A DNA stretch of 64,000 nt from contig NC_068986.1 of assembly GCF_001194135.2 (NCBI RefSeq), positions 81,485,468 to 81,549,467 of the forward strand, written 5' to 3'. The stretch is from Octopus bimaculoides (Eukaryota). This document shows positions 11,597-23,902 of this stretch, piece after piece. The notes below the pieces were generated by a model that ran no database searches, was not told the origin of the DNA, and was given only the letters and a program-made list of their open reading frames with translations. How positions within the stretch are numbered: position 1 is the stretch's first letter; every line of letters begins with the position of its first letter. The position numbers were made by a program, and so were the translations under genes.

Positions 11597-14500
11597 GTAA
11601 GTCATTATTGTATTTTGCAGGCGATATACATTCGCGTGTGTGTGAGAGTGTGTGGTGCTGGGAGAATGAATCGAAACCTTTCTCTTTGATTTTATAATTT
11701 GACACATGTGCATTGGCAGAAGAAATCTGAGAATGTTTGTCCAGTTCTAACTGTCGGAGTTGAATTAATATCATTCAATAGAGAAACGTTCGTTTTGCCA
11801 GTTCTGCTGTAATAGAATGGTATTGTCAGAGGGAAAGAATGGTGTGGTTGTGTTGAGAGATGTGTGATTCTCACACATCTCTCAACTATCTCCCTCTCCT
11901 CTTCATTTTTTTTCACTGGTATAGAACGAAGATATAAGGTAGTTTGTTCCAAGCACGATATCGTCACTGTTGTTGCTTTCTACCGTCTTGTCATACTTAT
12001 TAACTTATTAATTATATCTGTTTGATTAATGGTCCTTAATATTCTGGTCTTTCTGAGAGAGAAAGACATAAGAAAGAAGAGAAGAATAGTTAAAGAGTTT
12101 GTGTTTGGAAGATAAATATAGATACAGAGTTTGTAAGATAAACACAGAGAGAGAAAATACAAGGAAGGAAGGAAGGATAAACTTGATGTAACTACTTTGT
12201 TTACTTTTTCACAGCGAAGTTCCCCCCTCCCTTCTTGGTAAAAGCTTCCACTTTCTCTTCTGTCTATAATAGGAAGTTGTTTCAAAATTTTACCCTGCAA
12301 ATGACCTAAAAAATAGGATCTTGGAGGATTTGAGGAAGTTATTTGTTGATCCCTATAATCTGAAATTAAATGCGTCTCTTGATGAAGCGAGAATGGTATT
12401 ATTTTTATGCTGTTATTCCCCGCCCATTATCTGTGTGGTTACATTCAGTGGACCAAAGGCTACCCATATTGTAGTACCAGTTATATATTCAGGTTGATTC
12501 ACTCGGCTCTTTTACGTCCCCTATAAAATTGGCGCCGTGCCCATGTTAAAGTCTCTAAAGTAGAACATCTAACTTTGCAGATCATATTACTTCAGTTCCA
12601 CCTGAAACTTCGCCCAAACTGTCTACATTACCGGGGTGGAATATTTTTTCTTTAAATCTCACCCTTTTCGTTATATTTATACATTTCTATATCTGGTTTT
12701 TACGGTTTAGTTTCAATAGGAAGTCTACTTTGATAAATTCACCACCTATCTGACTGTATTTGTATGTTAGAGGCTGGTTAAAAGAATTAAGGGTGGCTGG
12801 CTGTGTGTGTGTGTGTGCGAGTGAGAGAGAGAAAGAAGCGTTGTATTAATTAAAAAGACGGTTTCTAAAAGAATGAAGATGGAAATAGAAACCAGAATCT
12901 ACTTAGAGAATTTCTGTTGTAATTTCCACGAGAGTCATATTTCTTATGAACATATTTTCTTAAAATATTTTAAAGGTTACAGATTCCCAGATATTTCAAG
13001 ATAAACTATTAATGTCTTATAGCACTCATGATATGTGCTAATTCAAAGTTATTTCAACAAGATTCATGTGCTTAAAGGAAGTTCTATTTCAGTCCCATTT
13101 CATTAAATAATTCCATATTTTCATATCACATGCAAGTTACATATTTATGAAGATTTATAAATTTTTTTTATACGTCTTCATTTTTGACGGCCTTTTGGAA
13201 GACCACACTTTTGTTTCTGTCAGGCTGGGTTGATGCCATTTCCATCAATCACGCAACTCATCCCAGGTTGTGTCTATACCAACTAATTATGTTGTATTGC
13301 TTTGTTGGAATAAAATAGTTATAGGTATATCTCTGTTCAATTGCTCCAGTCATTTCTCTTTGCTCTACCAATCAGTCCTGACTCCTATTAACAGCACCAT
13401 TATTTAATGTAACCTATTAAGTTTTCCTCTCTTTACCTACTATGTTGTAAAGATGTGCATCAAATTCCTGCTACATTATGTTTATAACAGCATTGATCTA
13501 ACATCCTCAGTATTTAGTGTGTTTGGTAACTACAGAACATCTCATTACACCCCCAAAATCTTCATTTATCAATGGTCATTACTTTTGAGTGTTTGGATAT
13601 GTTGGAAGTTTTTTACAGATGATTAATCCACATTGCTGTCAAGATCTGTTGAATCTTCAGAATATCCAAGATTAACCCTCTGCAGAATGATCACATTTGG
13701 TGAGCTTGTTTTTGTCTGCAAATTAATTTAAAACAGCTTTTGCACTGGTCTCGTCATGGGAATCATATGTATCATTGAAAGTTAATATAAAGACTACACA
13801 TATTTGATCACAACAATGAAGAGAACATAAAAAAGTGCTAAAAATTGAACCAAAAGGATTTGGGAAAACTAAAAATTACCATTAATGTTACATCAGGCAA
13901 ATATCAATAGATGTTGAAAGAAATGGGTAATGAGTACTGAAGGTGGAAAGGTGAATCAAGAGGAATACTCTAAGATTATTCTCTAACTAAAAGAATTTGT
14001 GATGAGGTAATAAGAAGTGGACATCTTACTTCCATGTCTGTGTCTGCTTCTAAGTGCTGTCCTGTATATATACCTCAGCATTTATGTTAACTGTTTTAAG
14101 ATTTAGTGCTTTCTGATTTTTAAGGAAAGTGAAACTACAAGTCTAATATAATATCACTTAATAAAATTGATTAAAAATTGTAATTATTTTGAGTCAAGGG
14201 AGCTTTTACATGGTTGCTCAACTTGCCAGAAATAATAGCCATATCTCCCTCAAATCTTATCCTATCATTAAAAAAAAAAAAAAAGGGTAAAGTAGATACT
14301 GTAGTCTTTGATAAGCTTTGTTTAGATAAAAGACTTGAACATAAATCTAGTGGATCAAAGTTAATGTGGAGCAAACAATTTCCTGTTTTTTAAGTATTTA
14401 GTGAAAAATTTCAGGCCAATTCCAAAGTAACCATGTGGTTTGAATTATTTTTCTTTGGGATTTGTGTTGTTGGTTGCTGCATTTGAATTCTCTGGATGTT

Positions 14501-14980
14501 CCTTTACATTCAGATGGATGTAGAAAGTGACCAACAAGCAACTGTATGGTGACCTCAGTAGTTGACCAACAAGATAGCAGGAAGACTGCTATAGTTTGAT
14601 TAGTATAGTTTGTCTGAGATACTCAAAGTTGCTCACCAGCCAGTACATCATCTAAAAACCAAAGAGGATGAATTAATGGGTGCCTTTCCAAAACCATGAT
14701 CAAGAACAGTGGGGCTGTGACTGCTGATGAACTTGGATCACCAATGATGCAATGGGATGTGTTGTAAGCTACTGTGCTTGATACAAGTGCAAGTTATAAT
14801 CAGTGATTCCTTATAATATTTCATCATGAAACTAATACAGCTAAAATAATTCATTTAGAAGCTCCTAATCCATAGAATTTATATCAATATTGTAAATTCT
14901 TTAGGAGTTAATATGAATTTGCATAAATTTATCCTTTCTCAGACATTGCATTAGTGTTTTATTTATTTATTTTTTGGGGA

Positions 14981-15183
14981 CAAAATCAGTGGTGTTGGTC
15001 AAATTCTTAGTGGCATTTCATTCATCTTAATGTTCTGAGTTTAAATTCTACTGTGGTTGACTTTGCCTTTCGTCCTTTTGCAGTCGATAAAATAAGTAGC
15101 AGTTGAACACTGGGGTCAATATAACTGACTTACCCACTCCTCCGAAATTGCTGGCCTTGTGCCAAAATTTGAAACCAATATTT
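14981..15183 (+). mobile_element. SINE type B, 5'-degraded
   Basis: GTTCTGAGTTTAAATTC B-box-like motif, central GCCTTTCGTCC..GTCGATAAAATAAGTA, 3' end GGCCTTGTGCCAAAATTTGAAACCAATATT. Confidence 0.8.
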
Positions 15184-15438
15184 GTTGATAATTTGTAATT
15201 TAGTTTGGCAAATTTTACTTTTGCCTGGACACAAGACCTACAACATATGTAGGGGATGAATATAATTAAATGATTTGTCAAATTGTGGACAACATTTTAA
15301 AAAATTGGTAAGATGGGGAAAGGATGAAGTTACTAGTGGACATTTTGTTCAGAGGTTACAGGAATTGTAATATATTTATTGATTCACTCTCCTATCTTAG
15401 CTACTTGGTCTCCGCTGCCTCAATATTAATTTGTAATG

Positions 15439-15653
15439 CAAGGTGGTGAGCTGGCAGTAGTGTTAGCACACCGTGTGATATGCTTAGTGGCATTTTGTCC
15501 AGCTTTATGTTTTGAGTTCAAATTCCAGTGGGAGAGAAACTTTGCTTTTCATCCATTTGGGATTGATAAAGTAAGTAGTAGCTGAACACTGGGTTTGATA
15601 TAATCGACTTACCACTCCCCTAAAATTGCTGACCTTGTGCCAAAATTTGAAAC
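15439..15653 (+). mobile_element. SINE type B, full length, with an approximately 18-bp target site duplication
   Basis: Head GGTGGTGAGCTGGCAG. Flanks are CAATATTAATTTGTAATG (15421-15438) and CAATATTAATTTCTAATG (15654-15671), with one mismatch. Confidence 0.85.
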
Positions 15654-16093
15654 CAATATTAATTTCTAATGTATGTTCTTTATTATTGAGCAACTTACTA
15701 TCAAAGTTGTCATGATGATCCCACAATTGTTCATTCATTGTATATGTAAGGATACATCTTCCAATGTGCCTTTCTCTTTTTATGATGGTAGGGTTTGCTC
15801 TGAGGGAGATTTAACAGTTATTGTAAGCAACTCTAGCAACCACTATCCAGCTCACTTTAATAATTTTGCTACAAGCTCATAAATCATTAAAAAGAATATA
15901 GTCAGTGGAGTTGACCCCTAGGACTTGTAATTATTTTATTAGCATTGCCCTACATGGGGGATGAAAGTTTGAGTCTAACAGGATCTGAACTTGTAACAAA
16001 ATGATGTAACTAAATAACACATTAAGTTTTATCTAGGTCTTCACCAATTATTACATACTTCTATTGAACTATAATCATTTCTAATGTAAGCAT

Positions 16094-16152
16094 AAGGCGG
16101 TGCTCTAGCATGGCCGCAGTCCTACAACTGAAACCATTAATAGAATAAAAGA
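16094..16152 (+). mobile_element. Isolated 3' tail (T1) of SINE type A
   Basis: AAGGCGGTGCTCTAGCATGGCCGCAGTC..ACTGAAAC..AATAAAAGA matches the end of the copy at 36263-36856. Confidence 0.7.
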
Positions 16153-16328
16153 TTAAAGGCCTGAAATTTGTTAGATGGAGGTTAGTTGATTAAAGTGATT
16201 CTGTTACTTGATTGGTATTTTATCACACACAAAAAGGTTAGAAGAAATATTCTATTTTCCTGATGCTCTTCCAATTCACTACCTGGTTTTAGTAGTAGTA
16301 GTAGTAGTAGTAGTAGTAATAAAAATAA

Positions 16329-16541
16329 TGGTTTCAAATTTTGGCACATGACCAGCAATTTTGAGGGAAGGGGTAAGTCAATAACATCAACCCTAGTGCT
16401 CAACTGGTACTAATTTTATTGACTCTGAAAGGATGAAAGTTAAAGTTGATCTTGGCAGAATTTGAAGTCAGACTGTAAAGACAGGCAAAATACCGCTAAG
16501 CGTTTTTCCTATTGTATTAACAATTCTGCCAGCTCACCATT
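16329..16541 (-). mobile_element. SINE type B
   Basis: Reverse complement of the 15439 copy (TGGTTTCAAATTTTGGCACA...CTGCCAGCTCACCA). Confidence 0.85.
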
Positions 16542-16561
16542 TTAATAATAATAATAATAAT

Positions 16562-16774
16562 CCTTTCTACTGGAGGCACAAGGCCTCAGATTTGATGGGA
16601 GGGGACTTAGTCGTTAATGTCAACCCCAGTGTTTCACTGGTACTTAATTTATCGACCCCGAAAGGATGAGAGGCAAAGTCAACCTTGGTGGAATTTGAAT
16701 TTAGAATGTTATGACAGACAAAATGCTGTTATGCATTTCACCTGGCATGCTAATGATTCTACCAGCTTACCATC

Positions 16775-16776
<2 letters not shown>
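16562..16776 (-). mobile_element. SINE type B (variant 3' end), flanked by (AAT)n
   Basis: Same head and central domain; its 3' end GGCCTTGTGCCTCCAGTAGAAAGGA resembles the copy at 50326. Confidence 0.85.
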
Positions 16777-16812
<36 letters not shown>

Positions 16813-17177
16813 TCATTTATTGGCCACAAGGGCTTACATAAAATTTCATTAAAACACATATAACAACATAAAAGACAAAAACAGAACGATACAATGGGTT
16901 TACAACGTGTAAACAATATATATAATGATTAAACATTAAACAATTTAAAACTCCCAATAGGGGTGGCGCTTTAAGGATCTTGTGGAAAAACCCACAAAAG
17001 CCACGGGTACCTGATCAACAGGGCAAGAGCCCTTCTTTTGTTTAAAGGTGCACGCTCAGAATTGGCCATTCTATCAACATTCATCCACGTTTCAACAAAC
17101 TTGCTACAAGGCAACACTTCCCTCTCCACCCTCAACTTCCTTTTCAAGTAAAACTTGAGAAAGTTGATGAGGGCTTT
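16813..17177 (-). mobile_element. 5'-truncated Tx1/L1-clade-like LINE 3' end, embedded in (AAT)n
   Basis: Open minus frame 17177-16971 reads KALINFLKFYLKRKLRVEREVLPCSKFVETWMNVDRMA..., fitting the F..L+.+LRVE......F...W pattern of Tx1-type ORF2 C-termini. The 3' end has AATAAA then (ATT)n, and (AAT)n lies on both sides. Confidence 0.55.
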
Positions 17178-17486
17178 AATAATAATAATAATAAATTAGA
17201 ACTTAATCCTATACACCCGCCAATATGTAAAAGAGGACAAACAAACAACAAAATAATAGACTCACCTAAACTAACTACACCTCACAACTTATTAGGAATT
17301 GAACATAAAATAGCATAAGCAAATAAAAAATATCATTCAGGTTTAATATGAATAGGAGTAACTAAAGGATAATTTTAAAAATGGTTAATAATATTTATTT
17401 GTGTATAGTGTTGTTATAGTTTAGTTAAATTGATTATATGTATTTCTTTAGAATATTAGGTAATAATAGTTGAACATTATATATAT

Positions 17487-17533
17487 ATGGAAAGCGGATG
17501 TTAAACGATGATGATGATGATGATGATGATGAT
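17487..17533 (+). mobile_element. Very short RTE 3' tail in a (TA)n tract
   Basis: ATGGAAAGCGGATGTTAAACGATGATGATG... Confidence 0.7.
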
Positions 17534-17816
17534 ATATATATATGTATGTATTTGGGGAGAGGAAAGAGACAATGGAATCAACTACACTATTTGACTGTTA
17601 ATTTTATAATAATAAATATAATATTGTTTATCTGTGAATTTGCTAATTTTTATCATCTTTTCTATTAGTGCTGGCATTTGAAAGAAGCAGTTGTATAGCC
17701 AGAAGTTTACATGTATATATCTAAAAAGCATGTAAAATCAAAAAGAAAACCTGCCAATTCTGGAGTGAAAGTAATAAATGGCAATTTACAACCACCTCTT
17801 CCAAAGGTTAAGTAGT

Positions 17817-17991
17817 GTCATTGTTTTGAATTAACAATATATTACCTGGTAGCTTCAAAACTTTGATGATGTGATTATATATTTTGAGAATCACATTGTA
17901 GAGTAGGTGTGAGAGGCCTAATCTGGGTTTGAGTATAAAACAGGTAGAATATTTGGGCCATATATGGCTGGTTTAAGTGCTAACGGGTGAA
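17817..17991 (+). mobile_element. Partial copy of the piggyBac-like MITE seen at 39228
   Basis: Shares CATTGTTTTGAATTAA..GTAGCTT..GGTAGAATA.TTG.GC..ATATGGCTGGTTTA..TGCTAACGGGTGAA with the 39228 copy. Confidence 0.6.
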
Positions 17992-20900
17992 TTCATGAAT
18001 TTTCTTTTTTGTATGTTATTTAACGAGTTTATTGATTCCTTATAATCCTTACAAACAGAACATTGGACATAAATAAATGAAAAAAAAAAAAAAACAGAAA
18101 CAAAAAAATCAGTCCTTTTTAATTGACTATTTCAGTAATTCTTATTCTGGCACAGTATAATGGCATTTTTGAATTTTGAGAAATTGCATATATTTTTAGA
18201 ATAATTGACAGCAGATACCATTTCCATATGTAAACATTCTGTTGCAAAAAACAAATGGAACCTGTTGTTAGCTAGGCTGACCCAGGCAACCAGTATTACA
18301 AGTATAACTCACTGGCAATAATAAGGACAAACTTTTGGCTCTGGAGTATTAGTTGAATTCCCTGATAAAGAAATTTATTCATTTATGGAGTTTCAGACTT
18401 GAGAATTGGTTAGATTTCTTTAGAGTAGAACACTGTTTTAATTTAAAGCTCACCAACCCACTTAGATGTTGTTTATGAGATATGAGTAGAATTGAGCAAT
18501 ATTTATCCTTGATTCAGATGGATTTTATATGGGTGTGTTTCCAGTCTTTGTTATTGAAAGCAGTCCTCCACAGCTGCCCACTTGATAGCCAAGTACTAAG
18601 TGGTGAGACAAGTGCTTTAGCAGTTTTCAATGTGTTTTAACTGTCCATTTTCTGAAGGTGGTGTGACCATGTGGTCTTCTAGGAATTCAGTTTATTTTAC
18701 AAGTTGGTGTGTTTCATAGAAACAGAATTTGAATGTGTGTGTGTGTTGTGTTATACAAAATGAAGATTTTATAACTTAATCTGAGACAATTTTAGAAATT
18801 ATTCATTGTTCTTTAGAGAAGAGGCAATTTCTGAAGTATACTAACATGACTGTAGTTATACCTAGAGTGGTGAATTCAACACAATGTTTCAAAATTTAGA
18901 TTTAGATGAGGTCAACTTCTCTGAAAGGCTATGAGCAAAATGTTAGTCTCTACATCTCACAATGCATTGTCATTATACCTTGAGCCCACATGGGAACATT
19001 TATGTAGTAGTTTGACAAGCTAGAAGTAGCAAACAAATCATCTTCAAATGATATCCTATTTTCATTTAGATAAAGTAATACCAAATATATCATGCAAGGA
19101 GCAAGTCAGAATAGCCACAGTTAAATGCCTTTGGTTCTAAATCTGCTACTATATCAGTGTTTCTTATTTGGAAAGGAAGGGTTGTGATGATTGAAAAGGA
19201 GAGGGTTAGACAAATTGCCATGTTTAATAGAATTTAAATGATTATAAACTTTTAAAACTTATCCATCATCATGGCAGAGGGAGAATTACAAAATCTTTTT
19301 TCCTCTCCTTAAAAGATGGTAGGTGGGGGCAAAAAATTGGCTAACATCATGGTTAACTGTTGTTTGAGAATTATATATATGGCTTTTGTTTTTATTTCAT
19401 GTTTTTCATCTTGCCAACTTATATTTTGTTGTTTTTGTGTTCAAGACCAATACAAATAACATGTATGGTGAAGATGAGGGCAGTTAGGATAAATGAGAGA
19501 ACTGGTAGAGCATGTAGCTTTGCAATAAGATAACATCCAGAGTCAGAGGAAACTGTTGTGGATCTGCAAATCTAAAAAGGAATGTAGTGGTTAACATGTT
19601 GCTATGGAGAAAGAAAGAAAAATGTGACTCAGGTCTTATATTGAGGAAAAGTAAGAGATCCATGTGCTATTATTTAGAAATCAAGGTCAAAATGTTCTAG
19701 TCTTCAGATTGAAGGATGGTATGTAATTTCTTAGTTCTGTTATAGTGAAACAGAATGGTAACAGGGGTGTCAACTAGACAGTGCATCTATGGTAGGATCA
19801 GCAGGACTACTCATTTGACTGTGTCAGTACACCAACACTGTATATATATTATACAGGAATAACGATGATGATGATGACTAATAGTGTTGCAGGTGTACAG
19901 AGGCACCAACAGTCTTGTATATCCACAGATATCATTTCACTTATAATTTTAATTCTTTTTTTCAGTTTATATTAGAATACATAAATTGTTATACGTGCAG
20001 GCACTAATGTGTGTGTGTGTGCTTACACACACACACACACACACACACACGCGTAAGTAGATATGTATATATACATATATAGAGTATGAGTGTTATTTCA
20101 ACACCTATTTGCAAGTGTAGTCTTGTTTCTATCAGTTTTTTGTACAAAGAAATTTACTTATCTGAGTACATAATACCTGGTATTAGGTGTTGAAGCTCCA
20201 CAGAAATAAACTACAACTCTCTTCACAGGTTTGTTAGACATTAAACCTACTCGCTTTCTGTTTTGTTTTTTCTACAGGGACATCATTTGCTAAAATAGCT
20301 TGTAGATTATTCTTTTCTCTTTTTGGTTTTGTAATTTTTTTTACTTCTATTTTCTGAAGTTAGCAAAGCCAAAAGAATTCTGAAAATTTGGATATTATTG
20401 GTGCAATTATTTTTACAGCTGGTTACTCTTTGTGGCATTAAATATTTAATTCTACAATGAGAATTTTCCTTTTCCTTTTTTCTTTTTATAATTAAGAATC
20501 ATATCTTGGAAAGACTGAACTGTTTGTAACAAGTCCTTTCATTATTCTGTCAATATTTACGATGTCTGTGAATTAATTGGTTCTTTTCAACTCAACAACA
20601 ACCTCATTTGTAACTGATTCCACTTGGTATGTATCCTAGGTGGAAGGTTTGCTGTTTCATAAATCTGTTCTGATTTATTTCTAGATGAGCAGATTGTGGC
20701 AAATTGTGTGTTGGATTTTTATTTTATGAATGTCTAGTAAAAAAGATACTAAGTTATTACATTTGGAAGATTCCTTGTTACTTATTTAAGCATTAAATTG
20801 CTGAAATGGACTGTGTTGTGTATTTCCATTTCTAAGATAGCAACATAGGTGAAGTATTATATACGTGTTGTTTTTGAATTTAACTCGCTGGAAGCATTTT

Positions 20901-23861
20901 AATGTCTGAGTAGTCTATCTTGCTTCTAACAATAGGTATCAGATCTTTTGGTCATAGTGTTATCCGCCATCCATTCAGTATTAAGAAATAGGTGCTAAGT
21001 ATATCTTATAATTGTAGTAGAAATGTTAAAGATATTTAAATATGCTTACATTTTATAGCTTTATTTTCCATTTGTGTGATCCCTGAAGGTAGAATTTCAC
21101 CTTCTTAAATTGGAGCAAACAGCTTGACAAAACTGATATTGAGGCAATTAAGTGGTATTACAGGTGATTGCCTGTATTAATTCACTACCTGTCCATAACA
21201 TCACCAACATTCAAATTCCAGTAACTAACCTACGAATTTTAGCGACTATCCTTACTATTACTAACCTACCAAATCTTATGCCTATCTTTACACACCATCA
21301 ATAACCTGCCAATTCAAGCAAGTAAATGAAAGAGACGAAATAAGTTCAATTTTGTTTATTGCAGGTCATCCCTGATTGAACACATCTACAATAATTAATC
21401 ACTCCAACCATGATCAACCCATCTTTTTACATAGAACTGCATTATCCAATGTTTTTTTTTCTTCAAGACAGTAGGATCTATATTGAGGAAACTTGGTCAC
21501 CATTTTTAGCAGGTTGAGCAGTCAAATAGTGGCTGTGAGTGTGTTTGTGTCTCTCTCTCTCTCTCTCTCTCTTTCTCCCTTAAAGGTAAAAAAGTAAAGT
21601 ATATTGATAACTGCTTTTAATAATGATAAAAAAAAGAAACAAAAGATGAAAGAAAATTTTTTAGTACATTGCATACTAGTAAAGATGGTGAATTGGCAGT
21701 CAGATACAATACCTTGTATTTATTCTGGATCTCTGTATTCTAAGTTTAACTCCTCATGAGATCAATTTTTCCTGTTGTTCTTTTTTTTGGGGGGTGAGGG
21801 TGGGGGTGGGGGGGTCAATGAAATATCAGCATATTATTGTGTTTGATTCTCTTTTCTCTCTAGATTGTGCCTGTAATTCAAAAGTCTTGCCTTGTTTCAT
21901 TGTGTCATGCTGATTAAGGGTGATACACCCGTTTGTTGAGTACTCTGTCACTCATGTTAATTGCATGAGTATGAATTCAGTCAGCTGAACAGCTGAATGT
22001 CCACTGTTGAGAATGAAATGAATCTACCAAATATTAATAATATCTATAAATTACCACCAACACCATTACAAAACAAATTAGAAAAAAAGTGCAAATGTGT
22101 ATAGGTCTAGCTCCAGATCAAGTTGCTTCCTTATCAGCTTGGAATTGGTTGGTTGGAAGAGATCCTGAATGTAAGTTGGGAAGTATCAGTTCTTGAATGC
22201 CCATCACTAGCCTACCAATTCTAGTGACCAGCCTTGATATCCTGAATATTCTCCAATTGTCAGATTATGGTCAAGAATGGAACAAGCTTAGACAAGTTAT
22301 TACAGAGATGATAAAGTTATCCAGGTGACAATCTCTCCTTATCTTTGATAATGGGTTCTCACATAAGTCAAAGTAATGTATCTGGCATTTAGCTTAGCTA
22401 AAAGTCGAGTTAAGTATATTTATCTTGAAATCTTGACAATTGTTAGGAATGTGCTATCAGCCATTATTACCCCAATCACCAAGATCTTTGACTCTTCCAC
22501 CAATGAAGTCTTCATGACACCTTCAGATTCACTTGTTTCATATTCTGCAAGAGATGCTTTTTACTTTGTTTCCACTTTCATCATAGTGGCTGATGTTCTC
22601 TAGAATTTCAAAAAATATCACATTACCTCAATCATGCCATCAGTTTTTCTCGAACACCTCTGTAAAAACTAGTCTCAAATAACTTAACACACATACACCA
22701 TTCTTATTGTAAACATATTCCTTTTAGTAATTCAAATAAATATTGACCCCACCCCCACCCCATTCACCTTTTAACATTTCACTGATGTATCAGATGTTCA
22801 GCATTGAAGTCACTGGTCTGCCTTTATAGATCAAACCACTAGGGAAAATAGGAATAGAAAGCTTATTCTTCACCTGTAATCTCTTGTAACAATCAGGTAA
22901 ATAGAGTATTATGTAAAACTCACATTTTCTCTCTATATGTGCCATTTGTATAAAGATTCTTATTTACACAAGTTTGCTCCTGTCTTTGATGTTACTGTAT
23001 CATATATTTCTAATGTCATGTTACAGTTTACTTTTAGCTGTTTCAATACCAAATGTGGTTTTTGCAAGGAGAGGGAAAGTAATTGTATGATTTTTTTTCC
23101 TTTTATGTTCTAAAGCATTTTTTCTCTCTTTTTATCAAAATTTATATCAATGCTGTATGGATTTTTTCATCCAGTACTTAATTCTCAGTTCATTAGAGAT
23201 GGTGCCAATTATTTTATTCCACACACCTAGAATGTGCATTAGGGCTCTGTCTTTGCATACCTGTGGAGGAACAGTCAACTGATGAAGTCAATCTGTATTT
23301 ATAGTAAGTTCACTACTGTCTGTCAGAAGTAACATTTTTGGGCATTTGCTGTTGTTCCTTCACTGTTCTTTTCATTATATCTATGGTCTTTTATGAATAG
23401 ATGACCTCTATATTATTTACTTAAGTGATTTGTTTTGCTGGATTGAGACTCAATTCAAATAGTTTAAATGATATTTTTAATATCCTTTAAAATACATCAC
23501 TTCAATTTTTTTTTTGTATTTTATTAATACCCATGTATGTGTATCAACATGCACTGCCTCATCTGTGTTCTGGTTTGATATATANNNNNNNNNNNNNNNN
23601 NNNNNNNNNNNNNNNNNNNNNNNNNNNNNNNNNNNNNNNNNNNNNNNNNNNNNNNNNNGCAAATGAAAAACTAGTTTCACCATTCCATAGCAAAACTGTT
23701 GCACTACACTTTGACAATTTTTAATATCTTGGCATCTGAACCAGCTGGAGATGCAATAGTTTGACAAAAAGTACTGGCTATTGCAAGCAAAAATAGATAT
23801 TGAAAAAAAAAAAAAACATTTGGCCATAATTTGGACATAAGACAATTTAGCATAAAAGCAA

Positions 23862-23900
<39 letters not shown>

Positions 23901-23902
<2 letters not shown>

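Noticed and set aside
11597-11689. ORF-track extension of the PKA-RI ORF (VSHYCILQ...)
   Set aside because: Read-through into the intron past a consensus GTAAGT donor; homology stops at LEK.
14514-14552. Acceptor followed by MDVESDQQATVW* as exon 2
   Set aside because: In-frame stop and no similarity to the RI linker.
20008-20039. (TG)n-CTTA-(CA)n 14-bp hairpin
   Set aside because: Juxtaposed complementary microsatellites, expected in such a repeat-rich genome.
22376-22603. 75-aa ORF and surrounding coding-like sequence
   Set aside because: No recognisable domain on either strand and no splice signals; possibly an unidentifiable old repeat.
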